DNA of 63,777 nucleotides, the filler included, from Octopus bimaculoides (taxonomy: Eukaryota): the NCBI RefSeq assembly GCF_001194135.2. It is 6 parts of 6 records of this genome, joined end to end, with 100 filler letters (N's around TTAATTAATTAA, not from the genome) between each part and the next. Parts side by side here need not be neighbours in the genome. Positions count along the whole stretch, not along the records: positions 52,028 to 56,562 come from NW_026341781.1; positions 56,663 to 59,832 come from NW_026322967.1; positions 59,933 to 63,777 come from NC_068985.1; 3 more parts are not named here. One strand, given 5' to 3'. Below are positions 53,302 through 63,777 of the stretch, one piece after another (the first letter of the stretch is position 1; each line of letters opens with the position of its first letter). Both the position numbers and the translations under genes were made by a program. The notes beneath the pieces were generated by a model. It was not told the DNA's origin and did no database searches. It saw nothing but the letters and a program-made list of their open reading frames with translations.

Positions 53302-54081
53302 CTATGTTTGTTTTGGTATAAAATAGACTTGTTTTGTTAACATTGAAGATATACATGGTATTTGTTTCATTCCATTCCAGGTTGGATCTGAAGTCAAAGA
53401 CTCAAAATTATTAGCCACTTTATTATTCACTAGAGTTAACATTGTGTGCAAATCCATCCAGTGTCCATAGTTCGTGAAAACAGCACTTAAGGCTTGAATA
53501 AACCAGGTCCCTTGAGAAGGTGTACGCCAAGAATAAAAGCCAGACATAGTTCCAAAGCCAATAAGGACATCAGCCCATAATGGAAGTTTGTGCCAATGAG
53601 TTTCACATTTGTTAGTTACATCCACTGCATCACATACATCAATTCCTTTATCCAGGTTTTCTCCCCGACATGCAGACACAAATATCAACTTTGGTTTGCC
53701 TATTAAACTTTTGCACTTCTCTGACAATATGGGTTTTATAATTTCTTCCAATGTGACAGCATTGTCATCTGTACCATAGAGAATATCCTCCTTATTACCA
53801 TGCGACAAGATAACTAGTAAGAAACAATCATTGTCTGTATGGTCTCTAGAAGCCATGCCATTTAACAAGTCCTTCATCTCTTTTACTGTCTGGTTATGGT
53901 ATACAATAACTTCAAAGCCAAGATGTTCTAATGCTATTCTCATTTCTTGTGTATCAATAGAAGATCCCTCTCGTTCAGGCAGATTCATAAAAAGTTCATT
54001 GTTTATAATGAGGGCAAAACCTCTTCTCTTGTGTGACATATCATATTTGAAATAATCAGGAAGATTTGCTATACTCTCCAT
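53302..54081 (-). CDS. CASP3/7-like: Effector caspase (caspase-3/7-like, peptidase C14A), 259 aa, intronless CDS, atypical SACRG active site
   Basis: Uninterrupted ORF with the p20 motifs YDMSHKRRGFALIINN, REGS..D, CFLLVILSHG (catalytic His) and GKPKLIFVSACRG (catalytic Cys). The p10 motifs YSWRTPSQGTWFIQAL and KQIPCISSMLTKQVYF follow. Kozak context is strong (aacATGG) and in-frame TGA TAG stops lie 7-8 codons upstream. CASP3 versus CASP7 orthology cannot be resolved without a tree. Confidence 0.95.
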   Translation of the reverse strand: MESIANLPDYFKYDMSHKRRGFALIINNELFMNLPEREGSSIDTQEMRIALEHLGFEVIVYHNQTVKEMKDLLNGMASRDHTDNDCFLLVILSHGNKEDILYGTDDNAVTLEEIIKPILSEKCKSLIGKPKLIFVSACRGENLDKGIDVCDAVDVTNKCETHWHKLPLWADVLIGFGTMSGFYSWRTPSQGTWFIQALSAVFTNYGHWMDLHTMLTLVNNKVANNFESLTSDPTWNGMKQIPCISSMLTKQVYFIPKQT

Positions 54082-54865
54082 GTTAAAGCCTTTGAGTTTC
54101 TATCACAATGTGTTTTCTAAGCAGAAACAGACTATCATTTATATACACTGTTACAAAAATATATTTTTGGCATTGTAAAGTAAAATGATACATAACATAG
54201 CTATTACTCAATGATAATAACAGCAACAATAATAATAAAAATAACAACAAAACAACAATATTTAATGATAAATAAATCAATGTATTTTACTTTATGAACA
54301 ATGTATTTTATCACATGTTTTAAAATTCATTGTCTAGGTACATGTACTTTCTCCCTTGCCTCTCCCTATCTTTCACAACCATATCTAGACTCTAACCTAT
54401 ACATATTGTGTCTTATCAGTTCATTTTCCTATATATTTCCTGGTGATGAGAACTTTATAAAACTAATGGAATTATTTGTGATAATATATCAGTCATTATA
54501 CAGCTATCTACACAAGTGTGTATGTACTAGACTACCTAGTTTTCATAGCTACAAATTTGTGGGACAATTCTAAACATGGAAGCAATAGCTGGAATCTAGA
54601 GCTTTAAAGGTAAATTTAACCATGAGTTTTATTTTTGTTAGCAGAAAAGAAAAGTGAACACTATTACCATATGAGAAGTGACCAGCTTAATTTAAAAAAA
54701 GGAGTAGCTAGAATCCTACACTGTGTATTCAGTGCATATAATGACTGTGTGAAAGGTACAGAGGTGTCCTGAAACACATGTACAGGAGTTGTTAGTAATA
54801 AGAGCATTCAAGAAATGAAGTTTATCAACTTCCCAAAAGGCTAGTTAAGAAACAAAATCTTTTAC

Positions 54866-55017
54866 TTGCACCACAGGTTTGCTGGATGCAGTAGTTGATG
54901 GTTTCTTAACTGTCTAATGCAGTCTAATCACTAATCAGCAGTGAGTGCTGAAAAGTATGCAGGGTGCAAAAAATCCAGAGATCTACCGCCTCTGTTGGAA
55001 ACAAAAGGCTTTTCTTT
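54866..55017 (-). other. Candidate non-coding 5' UTR exon of the caspase gene
   Basis: Minus-strand acceptor ctacccttcactcag| at 55018 and donor CAA|gtaaaa at 54865. The 152 nt have stops in all three frames and no ATG. A matching acceptor tctgtttctgcttag| at 54117 lies 35 nt before the ATG. Splice-signal inference only. Confidence 0.4.
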
Positions 55018-55879
55018 CTGAGTGAAGGGTAGATTGTATGATGCAATTTTGCATGGTAGTTTATGTGATGGATATTGAGGATATGTAAAGTCTTGAAATA
55101 AATAAAGCAAGAATTCTCTGCTGAATATGTAATGTGAACATGTATGAAAAATAAAGTACAAGTGAGTTGAGAGAAAAACGAAGCATACAAGATATTAGCT
55201 GTAATGAGCAAGAAATATAGCAGTGTTATGCATATGTGATGACTATGAACAATGATAAAAAGTACCAAACAATGTGAACATAACACTGTTATGTTCGGGT
55301 GACCCTATCCCTACCAATGGTACAACTGTATTCGTCTTTGCTTAGGAAAAATGACTAAATTGTGGGTGTGAAGTCCCCATGAAGGGGTCTTTGTAACTTC
55401 AAAGAAGAAAAAATTTTAGAAATATTACTTTATTTGTGTGTAATATGTATGGTTAAAATTTCATCAACATCAAAAATATATGAATTTTCATGGGGGTTAT
55501 GGCCATTATGCATGGAATATAATTTCCAAATTTCATAAAGATCCATTCTGTACTTTTGACGTAGTTTTGGATAAGAAAACAAATGACTAATGTGTGTGTT
55601 TGTATGCATATGTATGTGTGTGTGTGTATGGGTGTATATATGTATAGATATCTGTATGCATGTGTATGTGTGTATATATGTGTACATATTAGATGTACAC
55701 CAATATATATACATCTACACATATGTATNNNNNNNNNNNNNNNNNNNNNNNNNNNNNNNNNNNNNNNNNNNNNNNNNNNNNNNNNNNNNNNNNNNNNNNN
55801 ATATATATCACCATTAAAGTGAAAGTATCTGTCATTACAGTATCGAAATGTGATTATTTCAGTTAGTGGAATAGTTTCA

Positions 55880-56132
55880 TTTTTAAAGTGAAAATATTTG
55901 ACATGAGTGTTTTTGTTTCACTTTTGACACGTAATACTTAAATAGTGGAGTATATATGATGTTGCTATGGGCTCGAACTATGCAAGAAGTTAAAACTTTT
56001 TTTGACTAAAACACAATCTGGTCCCTAAGTAAGGCATGTGTAAAATTTGAATTAAATTGGTTGTGTAGTTCTCGAGTTTTAGGGATTCACACAGACAGAC
56101 AGACACACATTCTCATTTATATATATATAGAT
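55880..56132 (+). mobile_element. Possible non-autonomous Helitron-like element 3' end
   Basis: Ends aaaatttgaattaaattgg...cacacagacagacagacacacattctcatttatatatatatagat, recalling Lep1-type Helitron ends; from memory only. Confidence 0.3.
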
Positions 56133-56744
56133 ATATATATATACACATACACACATACATATACATATATACACATGTATGTAGACAGACAGACATATAT
56201 ATAAACAGTAGATAATGAATGAATAGATGTAGGAATTCTATGTTATGACAATTAGAAACAGAAATTCTACGTCGCACTAATTAGTTATCTATCTAATAAG
56301 CATTTTTAGAAAAATTATGCTTATTATATGAAAAGCATTTATGCTCAGTGAGTTATTTGGATTTGAAATATTTAAATGCTTTTCTATATTTGTAAGAATA
56401 TTTCAATGTAAAATTACTTTTATAATTCATTACATAATACATTTTCCCAAGGCAAAGATCACATTTGAAATTACGAGTATTGTACGATAGTCTGTATCTA
56501 AAAATGGACCTCTTTATGTATTCTTCTTCCCACTTAGATTTTAAATGTTGCCACAATAGTAANNNNNNNNNNNNNNNNNNNNNNNNNNNNNNNNNNNNNN
56601 NNNNNNTTAATTAATTAANNNNNNNNNNNNNNNNNNNNNNNNNNNNNNNNNNNNNNNNNNNNAGCAGTGGCTATACAGCACTGGTGGCATTTGCCTTGTC
56701 TCGGTGGTCCGTCTGGTCCTCTTGAGCCTGAGCACAGTGTGCAG

Positions 56745-57560
56745 GGTCTTCATGTATATATATATGTGTGTCTGTGTTTGTTCCCCCCCCTGCCATTGGT
56801 GTTGGTGTGTTTATGTCTCCGTAAATAACTCATCAAGGCTTTGCCCCAGCATGGCTACAGTCAAATGATTGAAACAAGTAAAACATATATAGCAGTTCAG
56901 TAAAAGAGACCAATAGAACAAGTCCCAGGCTTACAAAGAATAAGTCCTGGGGTTGATTTGTGCAACTAAAGGCAGTGCTCCAGCATGGCTGCACCATCTG
57001 AACATGGCTGATGCCAGCACCCACTGACTGTCTCCCGTACCAGAGGCACGTAAAAAGCACTATCCAAAAGTGGTCAATGCCAGGTCCGCCTGACTGGCTC
57101 CTGTACTGGTGGCATGTAAAAAGCACCGACCGAACGTAGCCAATGCCAGTACCCCGAATTAGTCCCCATGCCGGTGGCACATAAAAAGTACTATCTGAAT
57201 GTGATTGTTGCCAGGCCTGCCTGCCTGGCCCCTGTGCTGATGGCACGTAAAAAGCACCCACCACACACTCTCGGAGTGTTTGGCGTTAGGAAAGGCATCC
57301 AACTGTAGAAACATTGTCAGATCAGATTGGAGCCTTGCAACCCATGCCAGCACGGACAACAGATATTAAATGGTGATGATAATGGTTTATATATATATAA
57401 ACAATGAGCTTCTTTCAGTTTCCATCTTCCAAATCCACTCACAAGGATTTGGTCGGCCCAGGGTTATAATAGAAAAGACTTGCTCAAGGTGCCATGCAGT
57501 GGGACTGAACCCAGAACCATGTAGTTGGGAATTAAGCTTCTTACCACACAGCCACACCTA
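56745..57560. mobile_element. Nested cluster: SINE B tails (+), family E (+, 56995-57385) and SINE B head (-, 57400-57560)
   Basis: Block-by-block similarity to the copies at 48394 and 17760. Confidence 0.75.
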
Positions 57561-57902
57561 TTGGTTTTAACACTTTCATAACAAAATTCATGCAAAACAA
57601 ATTCAAAATCTGGAAAAAATTGCTTTTATTACAAACAAAGAAAAAAAATGTCACAGGTAAGTTACCTGAGATGTGGTGACATAAACTATAGAGTTGGGAG
57701 GCTGTTATCACACTGTTCTATCTCCATTTCTGTATGAATATCTATATACAGTTGTAGAGAGTGTTCCTTATAGCTTCATTATTGCCAGGGAAAATGCCCA
57801 CAACACAAACACCAATTTAGGAGGAGGCCAAAAAAATGCTTATTGTTCTTATGAATTGTCACATTGATAGTCACACATCTATATGAATAGATACACATTT
57901 AG

Positions 57903-58058
57903 TTAACCCTTTAGCATTTAAACCAGCCATATCTGGCCCAAATATTCTACCTATTTTAAGTTTAAAGTAGCCAGACTCAGCCTCTTACACCTACCCGACA
58001 ATGTCATTTTGAAAATACACAATCACATCATCAAAATTTGAAAGCTGTGAGTTAATGG
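57903..58058 (+). mobile_element. piggyBac-type MITE left end
   Basis: TTAA followed by CCCTTTAGCATT; no right TIR seen; followed by a family E piece. Confidence 0.45.
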
Positions 58059-58743
58059 AGGACACTCAACCGTAAAGAATCATGCCAAAACAAACACAGA
58101 AGTCTGGTGTAGTTTTCTGCCCGGCCAGCTCTTTATGAAATCGGACAACCCATGCCAGCATGGAAAGCGGACGTTAAACGATGATAATGATTGGAATATC
58201 TGTTCTTTATCACGTGCTGTTAATCTTTAAAAGATGATAAATCCGAGGTAATATATAATTCTTGAATAACAAAGTCATCCAATATCCTGAAATAACAGAG
58301 AAACAGCATCAGCTACAGAAGTTACTTAAACAATTGATATTTGAGAGTGAGAACTTAACTATTATACATTCCTATACGGATTTAGCTGTAGTTATAAAAA
58401 TTTATCTGAACAACTGAAATTTCGTTTTAAATTTTTGTTATTAAAATTACATTCCACAACTTTGTGTAATATCGACATATTTACAGACATCTACACCTCC
58501 ATAATGTGTAAAATTACGCGTTACATTACAGAGTAGACGATAACATATTTTCAAAAATTGAAAGGGGTAATTTGAGGTAAATTTGGGTGCTGTCTCAAGC
58601 TGGTGAAGCAACCTTATAGCGGCTTCACAGAGATTTTGTAGCCAGAAGACAGTGCTGCCTGAGCAGACGAACCATCAAAAAAGGGGTTGTCTTCTGTGTT
58701 GCTACAAATTCTATGACAGGCGAAAACATTATAAAGAAAAAAA

Positions 58744-58826
58744 GGTACCAGTTGAGTATTGGGGTCGATGTAATTGACTTACCCACTGTCCCAAACTTCA
58801 GGCCTTGATCCTATAGTAGAAACGAT
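58744..58826 (+). mobile_element. SINE family C 3' end, interrupted by the MITE (tail resumes at 59403)
   Basis: gtaccagttgagtattggggtcgatgtaattgac...cctatagtagaaacgat | tattattatt. Confidence 0.8.
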
Positions 58827-59402
58827 GGATCTTTTTTAAAACGGGGGCCACATTTTTCATTAACGAAACACTTTGAAACTTGGAACACTGGTAGAATGTG
58901 TCATATAAAACATCTTTAAAACATCTTTAAAACATCTTTAAAACATCTTTAAAAAAAAAGAAATCCATAAATTATTCCATGTTAAAGTTGTCGTATTTCT
59001 GTAATTTCAACCAATCACTGACGTCCATTCAGCCGATATACATTAAGTGCCGACTACATAAACAAACGATTCTGAAACAATTAACCCTAACCCTAACCCT
59101 AACCCTACGGTTAGGGTTAGGGTTAGGGTTAAAGCAAATTTAAAATGAAAAAAGCAAATAAAACGAAGAATCGTTTGTTTATGAAGTCGGCACTTAATGT
59201 ATATCCACTGAATGGACGTCAGTGATTGGTTGAAATTATCGAAATAAGACAATTTTTTACATGAAATAAATTCGAATACAAAAATATTTTTCTGTTCTAT
59301 AACACAAAATAGATAAGTATACGAAGTTTGAAAGTCTTTCCGTACCAAAAACACTACGTAAAACATTAATGAAAAATGTGGCCCCCGTTTTAAAAAAGAT
59401 CC
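58827..59402. mobile_element. 576-bp fold-back MITE, 37-bp perfect TIR, 8-bp TSD (Merlin- or hAT-like)
   Basis: TIR ggatcttttttaaaacgggggccacatttttcattaa at both ends; TSD gaaacgat at 58819-58826 and 59403-59410; internal inverted arms; central 24-bp telomeric-repeat hairpin. Confidence 0.9.
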
Positions 59403-59954
59403 GAAACGATTATTATTATTCTTTTATAGATTAAGAATCCCCTTCATTTAATAATGATGATTTACGGCAAAGAATTCATCTAAGAGTTACGCAGGCGCAT
59501 TAAAATCATTTCTATTCATTAAACTTAGACACACGTACCTGGTGCCCGAATTTCTCTTAATTAACTCCCAAACACATTTATGATACATTTCTCTACCACC
59601 TGATGCACTTCTAACAACACGGTCCTTTATAAAACCATTTCCGTAAGTATTAAACAATGAAAGCATTTAATTTTTTAATACTTTGTGTCTCAGATGTCCT
59701 GTCATTTGTTCGACATTTGGCTGCTATTTCTAGGGTCCAGATGGACTATATGTAATCTGAACCTTTCCCTCCTTATTTTATTATTTTTTTTTACGGAATC
59801 CCACGTTTTAAGCTATGGAGATTCCGATTCTGNNNNNNNNNNNNNNNNNNNNNNNNNNNNNNNNNNNNNNNNNNNNTTAATTAATTAANNNNNNNNNNNN
59901 NNNNNNNNNNNNNNNNNNNNNNNNNNNNNNNNTATATATATATATATATATATC

Positions 59955-60330
59955 GGCACAGGAGTGGCTGTGTAGTAAGAAGGTTGCTTTCCAGCCACAT
60001 GTTTCTGGATTCAGTTCCACTGCATGGCACCTTGAGTATGTGTCTTCTACTATACCCTCGAGTCACCCATATATGTGCATGTATGGATATGTGTGTGTGT
60101 GTGTTTGTGTGTGTATGTCCCTGTGTGTCTGAGTTTCTCCCCTCACCATCGCTTAACAACCGATGTTGGTTTGTTTATATACCCTTAACCTCGCGGCTTG
60201 GCAAAAGAGACTGATAGGTTAAGTATTAGGCTTACAAAGAGTAATTCCTGGGGACGATTTATGCATCTAATGGTGGTGCTCCAGCACGGTCGCAGTCAAA
60301 TGACTGAAACAAGTAAAAGAATAAAAGAAT
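59955..60330 (+). mobile_element. SINE family B
   Basis: Head, internal (TG)n and tail are all present. Confidence 0.85.
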
Positions 60331-61305
60331 ATATATATTTTGTGTGTGCGTGTAGCTAGATAGATAGATAGATAGATACATACATACATACATACATACA
60401 TACACACATACATATATACATACATATATACATACATACATACAAACAAACATACATACATACATTGACAGACAGATACGCATATTCATGAAGACATTAT
60501 GCACTGTACTGTGTAAGTATTGAAACAGATCAATATATTCACAGAGCATGTACGTAACACTCACACCATTCATGCAGAACACATGGATTATACATGGAGG
60601 GAAAGAATGCTTTACAAAGATTTTTATTTTCCGGCCTTTGTCAGCCCGGAAGACTGGAAGGAATTCCGTTGCAAGAATCGAAACCACAACCATATGATCT
60701 TGAGACCAACATCCTTAATAGTTAAACTTCAAGTCTAGTTATTATCGCATGCATATAAACATATGTTTGTGTTGCTATAAGAATATTATTGTATATACAA
60801 CATGCAGGCATACGTATCTGACGACAACGTTAGAAGCATGCATGAGATTACGTGTAGGTATAGTTTAAAGTGTCAGATATTTGCCAAATACAAATATAAA
60901 AACGAAAGATGGATGGGTGGAGGAGAAAAGTAGAAATAGAGACAGACAAACCAAATCATACAAAATAAGGCATATCGATGGATATCGTCATGGATGCGCT
61001 ACGAAAGTGTTGCAAATATTTCGCTTTTCCATGTGAAACCTATTATATGTTCTGACAATAACCGATAGATTTTTTTTTTTGTAATTGTTTCGATACTTAT
61101 TGTTAATATATGTTTATTTACGACATTTGATTGATTATACGTCATCCGCATGCTTAAGCGGAAGTTGAAACAGAGCTGAGCAACGCACAACTACATCAAC
61201 TATAAATCTTTGACATTGGCAATAAAATAGCACAACACTGTAGAAAGATGTGAAAACAAAACAATAAAAATAACATTCACGTTAGATATGTGCGTGTGTA
61301 TGTGC

Positions 61306-61377
<72 letters not shown>

Positions 61378-61629
61378 CCGCGGGTGGGTGTGTGTGTTCC
61401 ATGCGTAAGCACACAGAGTCACTCTCATGCAGACAAACATGAAAGTATGCACAAATACCCACGGAGACATATATAAGGGAGTCTTAGTCGAACAAACCGA
61501 AAATAGGCCTTATTTTTTGAAGACTGGTATTCATTCTACCGGCTCCTTGGCCAAAACGATAGGTCACAGGGACATGAATACACGACTATCGGTTGTCAAG
61601 TCGTGATGGGAGACAATCACAGACACAGA

Positions 61630-62710
61630 GACCGTTTTATATCTAACTTAGGGTGTTGCATTCTTTGCATTGTCAACAGTGTTCGTAATTTTCTGTCACG
61701 TTTACATATTTCTTTAATTGTACAGTTAATGGTATTGAAACTGTAAGTCAAGACTGGTATGGCTAAAGCATTGATCGCTTCGATCCTGTTTCTTGCATTC
61801 AGCTCTGTCGTAAGTATTGCTCTCTCCCTGCGATAACATTCTTTTCTGATCCTTTCCCTCATTACTGAATGCTGATTCCGTCCCCATCAAGTACCCCTAG
61901 GTATTTGTAGCGCTCCGTTGGTTCTAAGTCTTTTATGACATTCTGTTGGTGAAGGTTAACGTTAGATGTTTCTGTCATTTTTCCTTTGATAAAAATAACT
62001 TTTGCACATTTATCGAGGGCAAATTGCGTCTTGATGTCATCACTGAATTGTTTAACGATCTCTAGTAAGCCCTTGAGTTGTTGGTCACTTTTTGCAAAGT
62101 GCTTCAAATCATCCATGTAAATGAGATGATTTACATTTTTATCAAACATTTTATAACCGTACAGTGCATCATTGAGCAATTTTGAGAGAGGTATTAAGGC
62201 TAGACAAAAGAGGAGTTGTAATAGTGAGTCATCCTGGAAAATGCCACATCTCTGAATTCTCCAAATTGAAACTGTACGTCACGACCGTTGTGGCTACTGT
62301 ATTGATCGCATCGATCCTGTTTCTTGCATTCAGCTCTGTCTTGAGTATTGCCCTTACTCTGCGATGTCATTCTCATCTCATCCTTTCCGTCATCAGTGAA
62401 TGCCTGATTCCATCCCCTTCAAATACCCCTAGGCATTTGTAGCTCTCCGCTGGTTCTAACTCTTTATGTATGACGTTATGCTGGTCAAGATTAACACTGG
62501 ATGTTTCTGTCATCTTTCCTTTCATAAAGGCAGCTTTTGCATATTTATCGAGGCCAAACTACATAGTGATATAATGACCATTTTTGCCAAATAGCTTTAA
62601 ATCATTCATGTAAAAGATATGATTTATATTTTTATCAAACATTTTATAGCCATATTGTTCATCATCGAGTCATTTCGAGAGAGATATTACGGCTAGACAA
62701 AAGATAAGTG
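61630..62710 (-). mobile_element. Two tandem R4/Dong-clade RT fragments
   Basis: GIFQDDSL..LLFCLALIPLSKLLND..YGYK...NHLIYMDDLK..KCAK...YKYLG...NRIEAINALAIP (61630-62245). A more decayed second copy of the same segment lies at about 62290-62710. Confidence 0.9.
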
Positions 62711-62934
62711 GTGATTCAGTGCTTTTATCAATGTGAAATTTTGAGCAATTTGTTCTAAGAGCTTGATTATGAGCGCTGCACACTCATGCCTCAATTGGCC
62801 TATGTAAGTCTGCTTTCTGCAGTCATTGCCAATAGAATAGCCTGGTTTGGTATATAAAAGGTAGTAAGGAAGGAATCTCCACCGTCGCCGTCAAACTCTC
62901 AATTTCTTTTTCAGTCTTAGCAAATTATTACTGC

Positions 62935-62977
<43 letters not shown>

Positions 62978-63777
62978 GCTATTTTTGTTCTTGTTAGCAA
63001 CAATAATAATTTCATTTTTGTTTTGTTATGCTAACGATGACAGCATCTAGTATAATTAAAAATAAAACAATAAAATTTAATTATTTTATGCATATAGTGA
63101 AAATCACTCAAATGTCGTCATCTAATACGGTGCATGAATTTGTCACTATGCATCTTGTTTACCCACTCATTTGTCTGGGTTGTGTATGTTGTCTGATAGC
63201 AAATATATCGTTTCTGTTTGCTCGTATACAAATTATTAAGAGTCCATATAATTAATTTTCAGTTTTGGTTGCTTAGAAAATTCCTCTGTGCTTGCTTTCT
63301 GCTATAATTTGGTTTTAAATTTGTATGGTTTTCTTTTCATCTAGTTTTATGTTTTCTTTCTGATTTACTGCATGTATACGAATAAGCCAATCAGGAATTC
63401 TTGACTAGTTAGAATTAGCAACTAAATCCCTAGAAATTCCCGTTCTATCCTTCTCTCTGTCTTTGATTCTCTCTTCTACTATCTCATTCTCATACATATC
63501 TTATTCATTAATATACTCCGTATCAAACTACCTCTTAGAGGAAGAGACGATCACGATTAGTTCCTTTGCTCAAACGTTTAATGTGGAGGTACATACGCAT
63601 AATGTGTCTAAAAGTGTGTGCGCGCCCGCGTAAGGGAAATTTACACGTAATATGCGCAGTTCCACAAACGAAAGCACGGAAATCGTCGTTCACCGTAAGG
63701 CGCTACAAATGAAAATCTGCAGTGAATGCATGTGAGGAGAGCCAATGTCCATATATATATATATATATATATATATA

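Noticed and set aside
56995-57262. CRISPR-like repeat-spacer appearance
   Set aside because: Eukaryotic context, the 'spacers' are homologous to each other, there are no cas genes, and the array is part of an interspersed retroelement.
59081-59132. Telomere fusion scar or true interstitial telomere
   Set aside because: The polarity is wrong for end-to-end fusion, there are only about 4 units per side, and it lies inside a TIR/TSD-bounded element.

Overview
Eukaryotic, AT-rich, gap-ridden genomic DNA dominated by microsatellites and interspersed repeats. The repeat landscape suggests an octopod cephalopod such as Octopus; this is an inference, not a database result. The only well-supported protein-coding gene is a 259-aa effector caspase (caspase-3/7-like) on the minus strand at 53302-54081. 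Its CDS is intronless, it has almost no prodomain, and it carries an atypical SACRG catalytic pentapeptide and a DVCD linker site. It lies in a CpG-depleted block and has a candidate non-coding upstream exon. The rest of the window contains at least four tRNA-derived SINE types (my labels A, A', B, C) and an RTE-related non-autonomous element (E). There are also LINE relics (R4/Dong, Tx1/L1, CRE, possibly CR1/L2), mariner relics, and Penelope-like pieces with minimal hammerhead-ribozyme-like motifs. A 576-bp fold-back MITE has a 37-bp TIR, an 8-bp TSD and a central hairpin of inverted TTAGGG repeats. Almost all other ORFs in the supplied track are microsatellite or N-gap artefacts. There is no CRISPR array, rRNA or intact tRNA. 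Repeat family names come from remembered motifs and need Dfam/Repbase confirmation, and repeat boundaries are approximate unless a TSD or TIR is quoted.
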